Notes: generated by a model from the letters alone, not told the origin. DNA of 64,000 bases from the human T2T-CHM13v2.0 reference genome, Homo sapiens (GCF_009914755.1 NC_060927.1), one strand, 5' to 3'; positions 42,138 through 57,715 are shown, counted from the stretch's first letter. A program made the numbers and translations.

Positions 42138-45100
42138 GTTGAGTGCCGAGCTTTTCATAGGAAATATGAGTAGTTTAAATATTTAGAGTAGTTTAGAAGT
42201 ATATTATTGTATAGCTATATATTTTAAATCTATGAACATTTCACAGAACTACATAAATTTGTTCAAGGGTAATGATTAATAATGAGATTTACTGACTTCA
42301 TAAGTATTGAGAGTACTTGGCTTTCAACCTCATGCCTTATGACTTTTCTAAACCACTGAATGTACTCAAAAGAAGAATATAACCTGTCATGGGTTATGCC
42401 AGCCTGGGCATTTAAAATCTCAGTGAGACATGGGAGAAAAAAGTCAGTATATTCAGGTGTCTTTTACTCAAAGCTAAAATCATTGGTAAACTTTTGCCTA
42501 TTTTATGTGATTCTTAAATTTTCTTAAGTTTTGAATAATAAGGAGTGGTTTTAATAATAAAAATGTCACTTTTATTTAAAGTTAAAAACCAAAAGTTAGT
42601 GCTTAATACAATATAAGGGCTATAGTATAATCTTTTTTTATATTCAAATTTAGATCTATGGACAGCAAAAGACATATGTCAAATAAAGTCTATCATCTGT
42701 TAAAAAACTTTCTAAATTATAAGTAACTCAGTGTTAAATGCCCACATCTCCTAATGTTTCCTCCATTTTAGTTCCCTACGTAGTTTATGAGTTCATAAAC
42801 ATTTATTTAAATAAAAATTCAAATTCCAAAACAAAAAAATCCAATTGGGGGTCATTTCATTAATGTTTATCATTAAAGCAGTAATATTATGATATTATGA
42901 AAAAAAGAAAAAATGTAGTTTAAGCTGAAAGAATTTGAATGTTCCAAACACAAAGAAATAATAAGTATTTAGTAGAGTATTAGCTTAGCTGATTTATAAA
43001 AATGACATATGCAATATCATTAATAAAAGAAATAAAAATATGTAAATGGAAAATATAAAGAAAAATATTTTTTAAGAAATGACATGAAGAAAAATTTAAA
43101 TAATTGAGCCATCAAGATTGACAACATTGCTATATTTTGCTTCCTGGCAGTCAGAGCTAACAGACATAATCAGTTATTTAATTTATTCTTCCTTTTTTCA
43201 GAGATAAAGGAAATATACTACCTTGTAAACAAAACAAAACAAAACACAAGGTTTTACATTGAAAGCATTGAATTTTTAAAATGGGAAAAACATATTGTGA
43301 ATCTGAAAATATAAGTTGTAGCTGAATGACCCTTTCAGTGAAGATAAAATCACATTGGTTCTTTTTTTTTTAAATGGAATAATCATATGACACTTTCATT
43401 GTATAGCTTTATATAAAAGATAGTTAATTAAAATTTATGTCTTCACTGCCAGATTGGAAGACCTTTTGTATGGAAATGCATGCCATATCAAGTGTCATAT
43501 CTGTCTTATGTCAAGCCTGTATCCATAATAGGTACAATAAATGTTTTTTAGTAATTGATGAAATAACAAAATTTAATGCTAAGAAATGCTTCCTGGTATT
43601 TTAATCACATAGCAGATAAATCAGAAGAATGTATGCAGCTAATGTATCCAAAAAGAGAAGTCAAGTAGGCAATGGTTATTAAATCACATTTCTGGATGTG
43701 AGTAATGATGTGGGTGAGAATAATATGATTAACAATGCCACAGTTCTACTCCTGTCAAATTAAAATTTTGCAAAAATCATAGAGAATGAATCTTACGTTT
43801 AAGAATTTGAATTTAGAAAACTTAAGTTATGAGATAAATGAACAATAATGGCACTCACATAATATTTACAACATACCAAGCACTCTTCCAGTGCCTCATA
43901 TGTTGGAATTAACAAAGTTCTCACAATGACTTTTTGGGTGGTATCATTAATGCTCTCATTTTGTGAATAGCAATGCGGCATATTACACCCAAGGTCATGT
44001 AGCTAGCAAGTGCTGGACCCAGGGATTGGACCAAGTCTGATTCATGAGTGTATGCTCTAATCAGGCTTTTATTCTATACTTCTAAAACATCCAAACAATT
44101 CACTTTATTTTTTGTGTCTGATTATTTTAAATTATTTGCATATTATTCAATTTCCAGGACTATTGGAAGTAATAAACTTAAATTTAATTTAACTTTTGAT
44201 ATGTAGAATTACTGAACTCTGCTTGCTTTTTTATGTAAGCTTTCTTATGCATTAGATCTGAATAGGCAACAGAATTTATGGGAGAACCAAAACCATTCTA
44301 GGGAAGATATGGAAAAATAAATTAAAACAGAAGGATTTGAGTACATTTTAAATGTGAATGTGATGATGTTATGTGACTAAGATTTATGAAATGTTATATT
44401 ATGTGATTATCTTTACCTAACTTATGATGAAAAAGTAGTTGAACCTCTAAGACTTTTTCAAAAACCCTTATGACAAAGAAGTCAGTAAAGTGGAAAAAGG
44501 TAACACTTTTTGTTATGAATCAACAAAAATAGGGGTATCTGGAACACTTCGTAGTCTGTATTATAACACTACAATCCACTATGTCAATCAAGCAAAAAGG
44601 GATGTAATTGTTATGCTGCTGTGTCCACAACTGATGAATGTTTGTTGCTATTTGATGGTTGGTAACAAATTGGTGGGTTCTGCTGTCAGCACTGCTATCA
44701 GAGTACAGTTCTATTATATTCTCATTAACATAATGATAAAATTAACATTAAGAAAACACTTTCTATAAGAATTTATGAGATTCTATGCAATTAAGCATGT
44801 AACAGTGTGGACAGAAAATTTGCAGAAGGCTGTATAATAATAAAAACTTTAAAAATATATTTGTAGAAGTAGTCAGTGACCTGAGACTTTAGACTGTTGA
44901 TGACTGGCTTGTTGATATGTTAATGTGAAGTAATTATTCCAGTGAATTGAAGCTGAAAGTCAACATGTATATTTATTAATTTAGTTTAAGCTTCCTTATT
45001 GTTAATCACAGTTGAGGTATCTATTTTCAGCAGACTTATCCATAACTTTCCCATCAAGGTTTGCCAACCATAAAATCTAAATTTTTTTTCCTGTCAACTT

Positions 45101-45309
45101 TCTAATTTCTAATTAGGAAATGTTTTGTGACTCTTTAAAATCCTAAACACTTGTTTGTCTTTAAGAACTGATTTTGTGGGTCAGAAATCTGTTAAATATT
45201 GCATATAATTTGTCTTTTGATATTCACTAATATTTTCACAATATTTATAAGCATGTTCAGTTATTAAAGGATTAGATATTTCTTAATAAGTACCTTTTAC
45301 TAATTGATA

Positions 45310-45750
45310 GTGTGTTATGTCAGAAACAATATTATGTGTTTACCAAACCCTCCTTTTTTGGTTTGTGACTCATCCTAATGAAATTTCCCAGCATATCTTA
45401 TCGCCGAGTGGGATCATGTGACCTGTTTCTGGATACTGGAATGTTGATTAAAGTAGAATATGCCACTTTCTGGTCTTGCTCATTAAAAGACCTTCCTGAT
45501 TATCTGCCAAGCTCTCTCCATCTTTCTTCTCACATCCTGATGATGAAAATCCAGTGGAGGACCCCAAAGCCCTGAAGATATGTTGAAGTGTAAGGTGGAA
45601 GTAACCTAGATCCTGAATGATCATATGGAGCAAAGTCCCACAGCTGACTACATTGGATTATGAAGTGAGTGAGAAATAAACCTGTAGTGTTTACACTAAT
45701 GAGACTTTCTGAGTTTTTGTTATTGCTGTTAGTCTACCTTGACCAATAGA
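45310..45750 (+). mobile_element. Old MLT1-type LTR
   Basis: gatcctgaatgatcatatggagca…gagtgagaaataaacc. Confidence 0.6.
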
Positions 45751-47211
45751 TTTGTGCTTAGCACAAAATTGGAAGTTGGAGAAAATTAAAAACAAAGGAG
45801 TGTCTCCACCATGTGTATGTGTATTTTTGTAGATAGCAAGTTAAAAGTCACTATACAAGGCCACAGTTTATTTGGGTACTATTGTATTGGCCAAAGCAAC
45901 TCTACTATGAATGCAGGAGGAACTAGCAAAACAAAGTTAATAAAGAGAAGCTGTTCGTCACTTCAAAATTTAATTTCATGTCTCTAATCATAATAGAATA
46001 ATAAATGCAGTCACTTAGAGATCAAAGCACACAATAAATATAGTTTATATATATCTATATATTTTATATATATATAGATATATGGTGCTTAACATTCTCT
46101 AAGCAGTTTTGATGACACAATAGTAAAGAGATCAGTTTTTAATGCAATACTATATATTTCTTTCTGATTATCAGGCAGACAAATTAACAAAGAGACATAT
46201 TTTGAGTGTTTCTCAGGTGCAACCATAATTTGGGACCCTATTATATACATTATTCTACTTAATGGCTACTAACTGATTTTAGAGATATTAAACAAAATCA
46301 GAGAGGCTAATTTGCCCACATCATGTAGCTCTTTAGTACTAAGACTGAGATTCATCCCTAGGCCCAGCCTCTTTCAGAGATAATACACTGTTCATTGTGT
46401 GAGCAGAGAATGGAGTTAGTAAGTAGGAACAAGACAGGATAACTGGGATAACTGAAGGTACATGTTCCAAATATTTTTCCTTTATTTTAAAAAGTTGAAA
46501 TACATTTCATTTACTCTGAACATTATCAAAGTGATATACCAAGTGTTTCCTATTATTTCCCATTTTCACTTGTTTGGGCTAAAATGTCTGTATATTTTTG
46601 ACATTATTGTTGTAATTTTTTCTACATATTCTATCCTAATATTAACCACTCCCTGAATATTGTGCTGGAGAAGGTAGTGAGATTTTAAAATAATCATAAA
46701 TGAGAATAAGATAAATGATTAAAACAGCATCTCTATTATAGAATGAAATAAAGATTATCAATAAAGTCTATAATTATTTGATAATGGAGTTTAGTATCTG
46801 TGAATGTAAAACGACTTTATAATGTATTATGATTCAGATTTTCAACTTAAGGCACATTGTCTCTGATTTGTCATTTTTTACTGTGGTGAGTAAATTATCA
46901 TAACTATATTTTTGGTCAATTCAAGCTTTTACAGTAAATTTTGAACATATAAATTATTTAATACAGGAATAGGGAAAATGAATCCAATACTCAGAAATAA
47001 AAATGAATTAATTAGAACATATTAGAAGTGAGCTTTGCAGATATCTATTCTAACCACTTCATTTTACAAAGGAAGATTCAGAGACATTGAGTGGCTTTTC
47101 TAAAATGTCACTGATAGGATGAAATCAACTACAAAATCTAGTTCCTTTGTCCCCATGATATGCCCGCTCTCTCCAATTTGTTGTTTGTGGGTCTGTGTGG
47201 CCACTGCATAC

Positions 47212-47471
47212 CTTTTGAGTGACTTTATTTAATTTCCAAATAAGTTATAATGGATATTTGACTGGGTGTCATGTTGTTCATGTGGGAATAACGCAAAAGG
47301 CCCAGTGTGTCTCCTCCAAATGCCCATTTGGAGTTCCTGTTCATCTCTGATTCATTTAAGCAGGTTTTTCTGTTTGGGCCAGATTCTAGCCTCCAATGTC
47401 AGGGATACACCTGAGCACTGAGAAACTTCTTGAAGGTGTAACTTTACTTTTAGGTTTCTGTTTAGTAAAAT
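47212..47471 (-). pseudogene. Possible decayed 260-nt exon
   Basis: tgtctatttag|ATTTTAC…CAAAAG|gtatgc; non-repeat, relatively GC-rich, long open stretches in two frames; reading frame ambiguous. Confidence 0.35.
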
Positions 47472-47789
47472 CTAAATAGACATTTTACTTTTTGGAAATA
47501 TGTGGATTATCAAACTCTAAAATTCTTTACAACATGACACTTTGATATTTACAAAATATTCCTGAGTTTAATGCAAAAGATTGATTAAATATCTTCTTAT
47601 TTTAATTTTATTTTTGTTGGATTGTAGTTCTTGTATCAGACAGATCTGTATTCAGTTTCAGCTCTGCCACTTACTATTTTGACTATTCATTGACAAATAT
47701 CTTAACTACTCTAAATTTCAGTTTCCTCCCAAATGATAAGGAAACATCTCCCTGCTAGAACTCTTTATCCAAATTGTTTGGCCTATCAA

Positions 47790-48230
47790 CTTACTTGATC
47801 AGTGAAACTTGCCAGAGGTGACATCTGGGACTTTGATGGCTAGGTCATCAGAAGCCTTGCCCCTTTTCTCTGGACTTCTTGGTACTCAGACACTCTCTGG
47901 AGGCACTGAGCCGCCATATAAGAAACACTCATAGCTTGTGAGCTGCATGTTGGAGAGCCACATTTAGGTAATCTATCTCCAGTATCTGATGAGTCCTTTC
48001 TTCCAACCATCCTCAGGAAGACACCAAACGTATGAGTGAAGCAATCTTGGATTCTCTATCCCAGACTGTCCATATCAGACACAGAGTGATCTTAGTAAAT
48101 GCTACGTGGAGCAAAGCATTGTTCAGCTGAGTCCTAACCAAACTCCTGACCTACAGAACTGCGAGATACAATAAAATTATTGTTATTTTAACCCATTAAA
48201 TGTGGGTAGGGGGATAGTGTATGACAACAA
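47790..48230 (+). mobile_element. Old MLT1-type LTR
   Basis: ggctaggtcatcagaag…cagctgagtcc…cctgacctacagaac…aataaaattattgttattttaacc. Confidence 0.65.
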
Positions 48231-48335
48231 CATTTAGGTTGAAAAAATATTCCTAAGGCCCAATATATTGTAAATTTAATGAAGAGCTGTTAAAGGATAC
48301 AAACATCCAATTATGTACAAATACGATTAAACTTC

Positions 48336-51300
48336 TGTGCTTTTGCTATTGTGAATAGTGCTGCAATGAAAATATACGTGCATGTGCCTTCATAGTAAAT
48401 GATTTATGCTCTTTTGGGTATATACCCAGTAATGGGATTGCTGGGTTAAATGGTAGTTCTGTTTTTAGCTTTTTGAGGAATCACCATGCTGTTTTCCTCA
48501 ATAGTTGAACTAATTTACACCCCCACCAGCAAAGTATAAGCATTTCCTTTTCTCCACAACCTTGCCAGCATCTGTTATCTTTTTTTTTGGCTTTTTAGTA
48601 ATAGCCATTCTGACTCATGTGAGTTGGTATCTCATTGTGGTTTTGGTTTGCATTTCTCTAATGATCCATGATATTGAGCTTTTATTCATTTGCTTTTTGG
48701 CCACATGCATGTCTTCCTTTGAAAAGTATCTGTTTATTTATGTCCTTTACCTAATTTTTAATAGGATCTTTTTGTCTTGTAAATTTATTTATGTTTCTTA
48801 TAGATGCTAGATATTACATCTTTGTCAGAGGCACAGTGTGCAGAAATTTTCTTCCATTCTGTAGGTTGTCTGTTTACTTACTCTATTGATAGTTTCTTTT
48901 GCTGTGCAGAAGCTCCTTAGTTTAATTTGGTCCCATTTGTCAATCTTTGCTTTTTTGTGATTGCTTTTGGCATATTTGTCATTAAATCTTTGCCCATTCC
49001 TATGGTATTTACCATCCAGAATGGTATTTCCTAGGTTGCCTTTCACAGTTTTCATAGTTCGAGGTTTTACATTAAAGTCTTTAATCTATCTTGAGTTGAT
49101 TTTTGTATATAGTGTAGGGAGGGGATCCAGTTGCAATCTTATGCCTATGGCTAGCCAGTTATCCCAGCACCATTTACTGAATAGGGAGTTCTTTCCCCAT
49201 TGCCTGTTTCTGTCACCTTTCTCAAAGATCAGATGGTTGCATGTGACATTATTTCTGGTTTGTTTATCCTATTCCATTGGTCTATGTGTCTGTTGTTGTA
49301 CCAGTACCATGCTGTTTTGGTTAATGTAGCCCTGTAGTATAGGTTGAAGTCGGGTTATATGATGCCTCCAGCTTTGTTCTTTTTGCTTAGAATTTCCTTG
49401 GCTATTTGGGCTCTTTTTTGGTTCCATATAAATATTAAAATAGTTTTGTTGTTGTTATTGTTGTTCTGTGAAAATGTCATTGGGAGTTTGATAGGAATCG
49501 CACTGAATCTGTAAATTGCTTTGAGCAGTATGGGCATTTTAACAATTTTGATTTCTCCTATACATGATCATGGAACGTTTTCCATTTTTTTGTTTCATCT
49601 CTGGTTTCTTTGAGCAGTGTTTTGTAGTTCTCCTTGTAGAGCTTTTTCACCTCCCTGGTTAGCTGTATGCCTAGGTATTTTTTTCTTTTGAGGGTAATTG
49701 TGAATGTGTTTTAATTCCTGATTTGGCTCTCAGCTTGGCTATTATTGATATATAGGAATGCTTGTCACTTTAATACATTGATTTTGTATCCTGAAACTTT
49801 GCTGAAGTTGTTTATCAGCTGAAGGAACTTTGGGGCCAAGGCTATGGGGTTTTCTAGATATGGAATCATGTCATCTGAAAACAGGTATATTTTAACCTCC
49901 TCTCTTCCTATTTGGTTGCCCTTTATTTCTTTCTCTTGCCTGATTGCTCTAGCCAGGACTTACAATACTGTGTTGAATAGGAGTGGTGAGAGAGGACATC
50001 CCTGTCTTACGCCCTTTTCAAATATAATGCTTCCAGCGTTTGCCCATTCCATAGGATGTTGGCTGCAAGTTTGTCATAGAAGGCTCTTACTATTTCGTGA
50101 TATGTTTCTTCAATACCTAGTTTGCTGAGAGTTTTAACAAGAAGCGATGTTTAATTTTATCAAAAGCCTTTTCTGCATCTATTGAGATAATCATGTGGTT
50201 TTTTTCTTTAGTTCTGTTTATATGATTAATCATATTTATTTATTTTCGTATGTTGAACCAAACTTGCATCCCAGGGATGAAGCCTACTTGATCGTGGTGG
50301 ATAAGCTTTTTGATGTGCTACTGGATTCAGTTTGCAAGTATTTAGTTGAGGATTTTTGCGTCAATATTTATCAAGGATATTGGCCTGAAGCTTTCTTTTT
50401 TCATCATGTCTCTGTTAGGTTTTGATGTTGGGATGATGCTGGCCTCATTGAATTAGTTGAGAAATCCTTCCGCCTCAATTTTTGGTAACAATTTCAGTAG
50501 GAATGGTATCAGCTCTTCTTTGTACATCAGGTAGAATCCAGCTGTGAATCTGTTTGGTCTTGGGCTTTTTTTGGTTGGTAGCTAATTATTACGAATTCAG
50601 TTTCAGAGATCTGTTATTGATCTGTTCAGGGAATCAGTTGCTTCCTGCTTCAATCTTGGCAGGGTGTATGTGTCCAGGAATTCATCTGTCTCATCTAGGT
50701 TTTCCTGTTTGTGTGCATAAATGTGTTGGTAGTAGTCTCTGATGCTTGCTTGTATTTCTGTGGGGTCAGTGTTAACATCCCCTTTGCCATTTCTTATTGT
50801 GTTTATATGGATCTTCTCTCTTTTCTTCTTTACTAGTCTAGCTAGCAGCCTATTTATCTTATTCATTAAAAAAAAACTCCTCGATTTCTTTGCCTTTGAA
50901 TGTTTTTTTTGTGTCTCAGTCTACAGTTCCACTCTGAATTTGTTTATTATCTTTTGCTCTCTTTAGATTTGGTTTGCTCTTGCTTATCTAGTTCCTTTAG
51001 TGGTTATGTTAGGTGGTTAATTTGAGTTCTTTCTAACTCTTTGATGTGGGCATTTATTGCTATAAACGTCCCTCTTAACACTGTCTTAGCCCCTCTTAAC
51101 ACTGTCTTAGCTGTGTCACAGAGATTCTGGTATGTTGTATCTTTGTTCTCATTAGTCTCAAAGAGCTTCTTTATTTCTGATTTAATTTCATTATTTATCC
51201 AAATGTCATTCAGGAGCAAGTTGTTTAATTTCCATGTAATTGCATGGTTTTGAGCAATTGTTTAAGTCTTGATTTCTGTTTCTATTGGACTATTGTCCAA

Positions 51301-51872
51301 TAGTGTGTTTGGTACAATTTCAGTTCTTTTGCACTTGCTGAGGATTATTTTCTGTCTGATTGTGTGATCAGTTTTAGAGTATGTGCCATGTGACAATGAG
51401 AAGAATGTATATTCTGTTGGTTTTGGGTGGAGAGTTCTGCAGAGGTCCATCAGATTCATTTCATCCAAGGTTGAGTTCAGCTCCTGAATATTTTCATTAA
51501 TTCTCTGCCATGATGATCTTTCTAAATACTGCCAGTGGAATGTTGAAATCTCTCACTATTACTGTGTGGGAGTCAAAGTCCCTTTGTAGGTCTCTAAGAA
51601 CTTGTTTTATGAATCTGGGTGCTTCTGTGTTGGTGCATATGTATTTAGGATAGTTAAGTCTTGTTGAATTGTACCTTTTACCATTATGTGATGCCTTTCT
51701 TTGTCTCTTTTCATCTTTGTTGGTTTAAAGTCTGTTTTGTCTAAAATTAGGATTGCAACCCCTGCTTTTTTCTGATTTCCGTTTGCTTGGCAGATTTTCC
51801 ATGATCCCTTTGTTTTGAGCCTAAGGGTGTTATTGCATTTGAGATGGGTCTTTTGAACACAGGATACCATTG
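48336..51872 (-). mobile_element. About 3.5-kb L1 ORF2 fragment (old L1PA/PB), frameshifted
   Basis: Endonuclease/RT peptides ([40 protein letters not shown]); 21-bp tandem duplication near 51070-51111. Confidence 0.93.
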
Positions 51873-52229
51873 GGAACTAGGATTTTACTAAAATGTATAT
51901 ATTAAAAGCAAATTTTTGCCTGCAATAGATATGGAAATGCTTAGAAAGATTAATAGAAATATTAATTTGTTTAGTCATCATAATTATTGTCATTGGCATG
52001 ATGCTAACTGGCTTAGTATACTAAAGGTATACTACACTGTCTCAGTTTATCCAGTGATACTGAGGAAACTCCTTCAGATTAAGGCAAACTCAGACTGATT
52101 CAACTTTTTTTTTCTATGGTTTCCAAACCCTCAGAATTTCCCCCAATCTCAATTCCAGGTTTACAAGCACATCCTTATATTAATATTGCAAATTTTATTA
52201 TAATATCTCCAAAAATAATAGTGAGCAAA

Positions 52230-52681
52230 TATTGGTGGGGGTGGTTGGAGGAAAGCCCAGGCCGCTGAGCAGCCTGACTCCAGGGGAAAACAACTTTCCT
52301 GCTCCATCCCCCTTCTGGCTTCCCCATCTGCTGAGAGCTACTTTTACTCAGTAAAACGTTGTACTCATTTTCCAAGCCCACTTGTGATCTAATTCTTCCG
52401 GTACACCAAGGTGAGAAACCCCAGGATACAGAAAGCCCTCTGTCCTTGTGATAAGGCAGAGGGTCTAACTGAGCTGACTGAGACAAGCCATCTACTGATG
52501 GCTAAACTAAAAGAGCACCCTGTAACACAGGCTCACTGAGACTTACTGCCGAGGGGTCGGAGCCCCAAAACCTGCCTGTATGCCTGCGCTCCCTAGGGGT
52601 TTTGAGCAGTGGGGCACTGAAGGCAAGCTACACTCCCATCACATGCCTTGCAAGGAGGATAAGGAAATTTTTCTCATTTCA
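52230..52681 (+). mobile_element. LTR1-family (ERV1) LTR, 3' portion
   Basis: gactccaggggaaaac…catctgctgagagctac…ggatacagaaagccctctgtccttg…catttca. Confidence 0.75.
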
Positions 52682-53854
52682 ATAACTTATCAAGTGTATA
52701 GAGAAAGGAACGACAACTATTCAGGTATCTGGGATCAGAGTGTTCCAGTTTGACTTGGTGATGGTGGGGTTACCAAAGAAACAAGTATAGAAAATTCACC
52801 ATTCTTGTATCTTCCAATCGGCCAGGATCCTTGATCATTATAGGTATTTAAAGGTTGAATGAATGGTTGAATAAAAGCATTAGTCTCCTACTATTACTAC
52901 TTTGCAGGTTTCTATATAGATTAATATTTTAATTTTATATATGGGCATTTACAATAAGTAAATGTAATTTACTTTGTAATTTACATTACAAAAGTGATGT
53001 TTTCATTGAGCAGTATTTTATACTGGGAGAAAAATCTGCCTGAATATTCAAGAAGTAAATAGTAGTGAGAAGAGCTGTTTGCATTTTCATCGGCCTTCTT
53101 AAACTAGCTTTATACCTGGGGTCCCTGCTTTTATTCCTACTCCCTTTCATAACCGAGTCATCCTGGATGACAATGTCTGTTTATACTTTTGTTATACATC
53201 ACTTTCCTCATTTCATTTCTTGGTTGAAGACCATATGTTGTTTCCTGTTGCTTACTGGACTGAGTCTGTACTTATCTACTTTTATTAAAAAGTCTTTCAT
53301 AAGCTAAGCCTGTTTTCTCTAACTTCCATGAAGATAGCTATTCGTAACTGACTAATTTCTAACTTCTAACTAAGTTATTTCTAACTTCATGCTTGTCCCC
53401 TATACAAAGTGTTTTATCCCTTGTTTGCATGTTTTTAATGTTGTTTCTATTTGTAATGTACATCTCCAATCTTTTTCAGAGTCTATTTCATGTCCATGTC
53501 TTCTATTAGAATTTACTTGATTCTGATGTATTAGGGAGGCTGAATTTCTAGAGAATAAATATAGCATATGCCACATTATTTATCATTTTTGTAAATGTTA
53601 CATTTTGTCATTCCTCATTGTTTTTCTGCATTTTATTTCCTCAAATAGATTTTTAAGTTATTTCAGCCTAAGGATCTCATTGTAGTTTTAAAGTGAAATT
53701 ATGTGTTATATAGCTTAGATATTTTAAAGCAATTATTCTTGGGTTTTCAAATGAAACTACATGATACTATTCTAAGTGCTAGAATTGTTATTGTATATAA
53801 GGGACCTAAGTTACTCTCACTAAGTTTGGCCTCCTTCAAAACATAGCAGGATAC

Positions 53855-53933
53855 CTTTTCTTATCCCTGAGACCTTTATAATTCTAGCTGGTACTTTCCA
53901 AATCATGCAGTGCCAACACAGGTAAATTGCATA
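53855..53933 (-). pseudogene. 79-nt exon (phase 0: YAIYLCWHCMIWKVPARIIKVSGIRK; other frame CNLPVLALHDLESTS*NYKGLRDKK)
   Basis: ctgacagcttctacctag|TATGCA…GAAAAG|gtatcc; open in the phase expected from exon 54317. Confidence 0.5.
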
Positions 53934-54316
53934 CTAGGTAGAAGCTGTCAGGATGTTACCCACCACAGGAAGTAGTAGAGAAAGAGTGTTAGGGGAAAGT
54001 CAGTGGAAAGCTCAGTAAGAAAAGGAACACATGAAAACAATATGCTGGTTATTATCAATAGTTAAAACCAACTGGATAGCAAGTGTTCCCATTTAAAATC
54101 AATCAATGGATGCCAAAATAGCTTAGTCAGCATGAACCATTGATATTTGCAGATTTCATTCATTCCAGCCCTGGTATGGGATTGGACAGAAAACAACACA
54201 GAATGAGCTGCAGCAAATGGCACAATCTTTATTGCATTATATACCCTATATGCCTATTTCTTCAAAGTACAAGGCATTGCCAAGGAAAGTACATAAGAAA
54301 AGAACACAATACTTAC

Positions 54317-54368
54317 GTCAAAATGTTTGTGTAATGCTTCATTATGTGACATTACAAAGTCATGAGAT
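54317..54368 (-). pseudogene. 52-nt exon, (R)SHDFVMSHNEALHKHFD, phase 2 to 0
   Basis: tcccttcatctcttag|ATCTCA…TTTGAC|gtaagt, near-ideal sites; resembles RGS 'S.E.LLSH..GL..F'. Confidence 0.7.
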
Positions 54369-56302
54369 CTAAGAGATGAAGGGACGATTTTTCAGTGACC
54401 CACTCCATATGCTTCTGGCAGAAGCTACTGCTTGAGAAGATACAGGCAGAAAATTCATCATCTTACAAGGTAGCCTATCTCATTTTTAATAGCTTTATTC
54501 TGGTGGACAAGGTAAACATTAACAAGCTAGGACATTTCTGGCACTGCTGTCATTCTCTTTGGGACCTTGACCTCACTTCCAAATACTTCCAGTTATTATT
54601 GAGAATTTTCAGGTGTTAACATGTGTTCTAATGATTATAGTTTACAGCTACAGTGTTGCAGTCAACATTTACCATTCTTGCTCCAGCTTTCCATGTAGAT
54701 GTTCAAAGCTATGGTGGACATCAAATGTTGCAGCCATTCCAGTGGCATGTACAACACTCCAAGGACTGAGCAGAGGGCAGCCAGAGTGACAGATGGCAGG
54801 CTACACTCATAACCACCTCTGTATTCTATTGCACTTGCAACAATCTTTTGATGTTATTGATTTCTTGCCAAGTTTTTCCTATTAATGTAAGATGCTTGAG
54901 AGAAAGAACCATGATTTATTTGATTCGGGTTATAAATATTTTTGAATGAATGAGTGATTTTAAGCATTCATCCACAGCTCAAACTATGCAATAATCACTT
55001 TCCTTTCAGTGAGTTCTTTACCTAGAGCAGACTGCCTTGTAAAACATGTAAATGGACCTCTCACAGTCTAACTTTTTATAGACATGCATGACCCAAATTT
55101 AGGGTGAAGACTGTTTAGGCTTAAGGTGTAATACTTGCTGGATTCATAAGTTAGTGTTGTTATGAAACACAACTGTCTCTCATGGGCCTAGTTCAGCCCA
55201 GTGGAACTAAATAGAATAAATCTTTTCTACTTGCATGGGAAGGAGAGTTGTGTTAAGGATTTATAGCTTCATGAAGACTTTCAAGTTAAATTTTAAAGAA
55301 ACTTGAATAAAGCAACTGTCAGTAACTGTTGCTTGGAGTGAAAAGTGAAGACGCTAAGAGCTGCTACTTTTTCAGCTTTTATAAAGTACAGAGTTGTTTT
55401 TGTGCTGGAAGCAGGAAGCTAGGAGCAGCATGGTGAGAAGCACAAAACTCCGAGATGGAGATGTCAAGAAGATGTGCAGTATTCATTTATTCATTAACTG
55501 CAGAATATTTACTGACCAACGACAATGTACTATGACAGATGCTGACAGCAGTAAACAAGATGGACAGAGGCTCCTGACCTTATGAAGATATGGCCTAGCA
55601 GAGGATAGACAGAAGGTTACACTTATTCAAATCACTAATGGTAATTGTGACAAGTACAGAAGTGATCATATGGTAACCTAACAATTTCCACCAAAATAAT
55701 CACCGGGATTAGAAGGGCTGGGTTATATGGGAGGCATCATATCAAGAAGCATTTCATTTTCTATTGATTTAATGAAATCAATAGAAATGAGAATGAAAAG
55801 AGGTATTAAATAACATTGAAATACTCTTTTCTACATTTCTTGCCACTTGGAGAATAAAAGGGTAAATTAACTTTTCAAAAAAATCTTCAGCTATATGGTT
55901 TAGATACTTTGCATATTCATTGCATTTTAACACCATTCTGTGAAAAAGATGAAATTATTTTCATTCATAGGGATAAAGTGACTAAAATACTTGTAGATGG
56001 GGGTGGATGATGGGCACAAATTACTTAAACATGGTAATGATAGGGCCTCCATAATGGTAATTTACCATTTACATAACTCTCTTTTAGGAGAAATTTCAGG
56101 TACCAGCCCAGAGTCGTACAGCTAAATGGCAGTCAGAAATCAAACTCAGCTCTGTTTGATTGTTGTGTCTGATTCACTTTCATTTTAAAAACTATTTTTC
56201 TTGCCAAATCACATTGTTCTAGATTTCATTTATTATGATTATTTTTGTTATTGTTTTAATTTAGGAACTCAGAAATGTTAGATTGCCAGTATAACTCCTT
56301 CA

Positions 56303-56663
<361 letters not shown>

Positions 56664-57657
56664 TGACTTGCTCAGAATTTTACAGAAATTAGACCCAAGT
56701 TGTCAAAATTTGCAGGAAGTACTACAAAATATATGATTATTACCTATACTAATATTTAAATAGTTTATATCCTAGTGAAAGGCAATATTTTTCTTAGAAA
56801 TTTTTTCACTATAGGGCTTTAGGAAAAGGTTTAAAAAGAGCTTTACATATGAAAATGATACTGCCTAGTGAGCATCCTCAACTCAGCAAAACTCTCCCAA
56901 ACTCAGCCAGGGATTAAAAGCTCTGACTTACACACCTAAGATGTTTTCATCATGTACAGACTTAGAGGTTATTTTCAACAACAACAGTAATTAACTTACA
57001 AATGTGGAATTTTCTTATAAAAAATTTGGCTTTTATTCATGAATTTCTTCATTGCATATTATAAAATATATCCACTGAATTGAGTTTTTAAGATCTATTA
57101 TTGTGGTGTTCATTTATTGTGTGAATTTTTTTTGCAATTGTATTTGACATGTACCTGGTTAAGTACTTGTTTTCAGCTTTTAGCATAATAAGCAATATGT
57201 GCTATCATAGCTTCAATTTTCCTGCCAAGTAGAGAGTGACAGCTGTGTGGCAATATCTAATGCATATTTTCATCTACAGATAAATTGGAAGGAAGGAAAA
57301 ACAGCTTCTGGGTGGGCAGGTCACCATCATTTAAATGAATCGTTAAAATTATATTTTTCCCTGGAAACAAAATGTAATTGCTTTTCTGCTTAGATGCACA
57401 CTGAAAGCCCTTATTTATATTATTGTAACATATTTTCTCACAATTTACAACTTTCTCAAGATCCTTTGGATTTTTTTCATTTTTGTTACTTTCCTCCATT
57501 CAAGCAATGTACACTTATATCTTAATAAAGCTTTGTGATATTTACATAAATTTATTCCTGAAGGACATTGTTCAATACTCTTCCACATTCATTTGACGGC
57601 ACTGAAGCAATTAAAGCCCTACATTGATTGCCACTTCAGGAACGTTCTCATGCTCAC

Positions 57658-57715
57658 CTTGAATGCAGAAAGGTTACAGCCTTGGGCTCAGTATTTTTAA
57701 TGTGCAATATTTTTA
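57658..57715 (-). pseudogene. 58-nt exon, xKILHIKNTEPKAVTFLHS(R), phase 1 to 2
   Basis: tttcttatttctttgaaatttag|TAAAAA…TTCAAG|gtgagc; open; in phase with the exon at 54368. Confidence 0.6.

Noticed and set aside
55758-55787. 13-bp-arm AT-rich hairpin
   Set aside because: Plausible by chance or local fold-back; no RNA-gene features.
57215-57361. Minus-strand acceptor ttttgtttccag as an additional exon
   Set aside because: Stops in all frames, and an early stop in the phase required by exon 57658.
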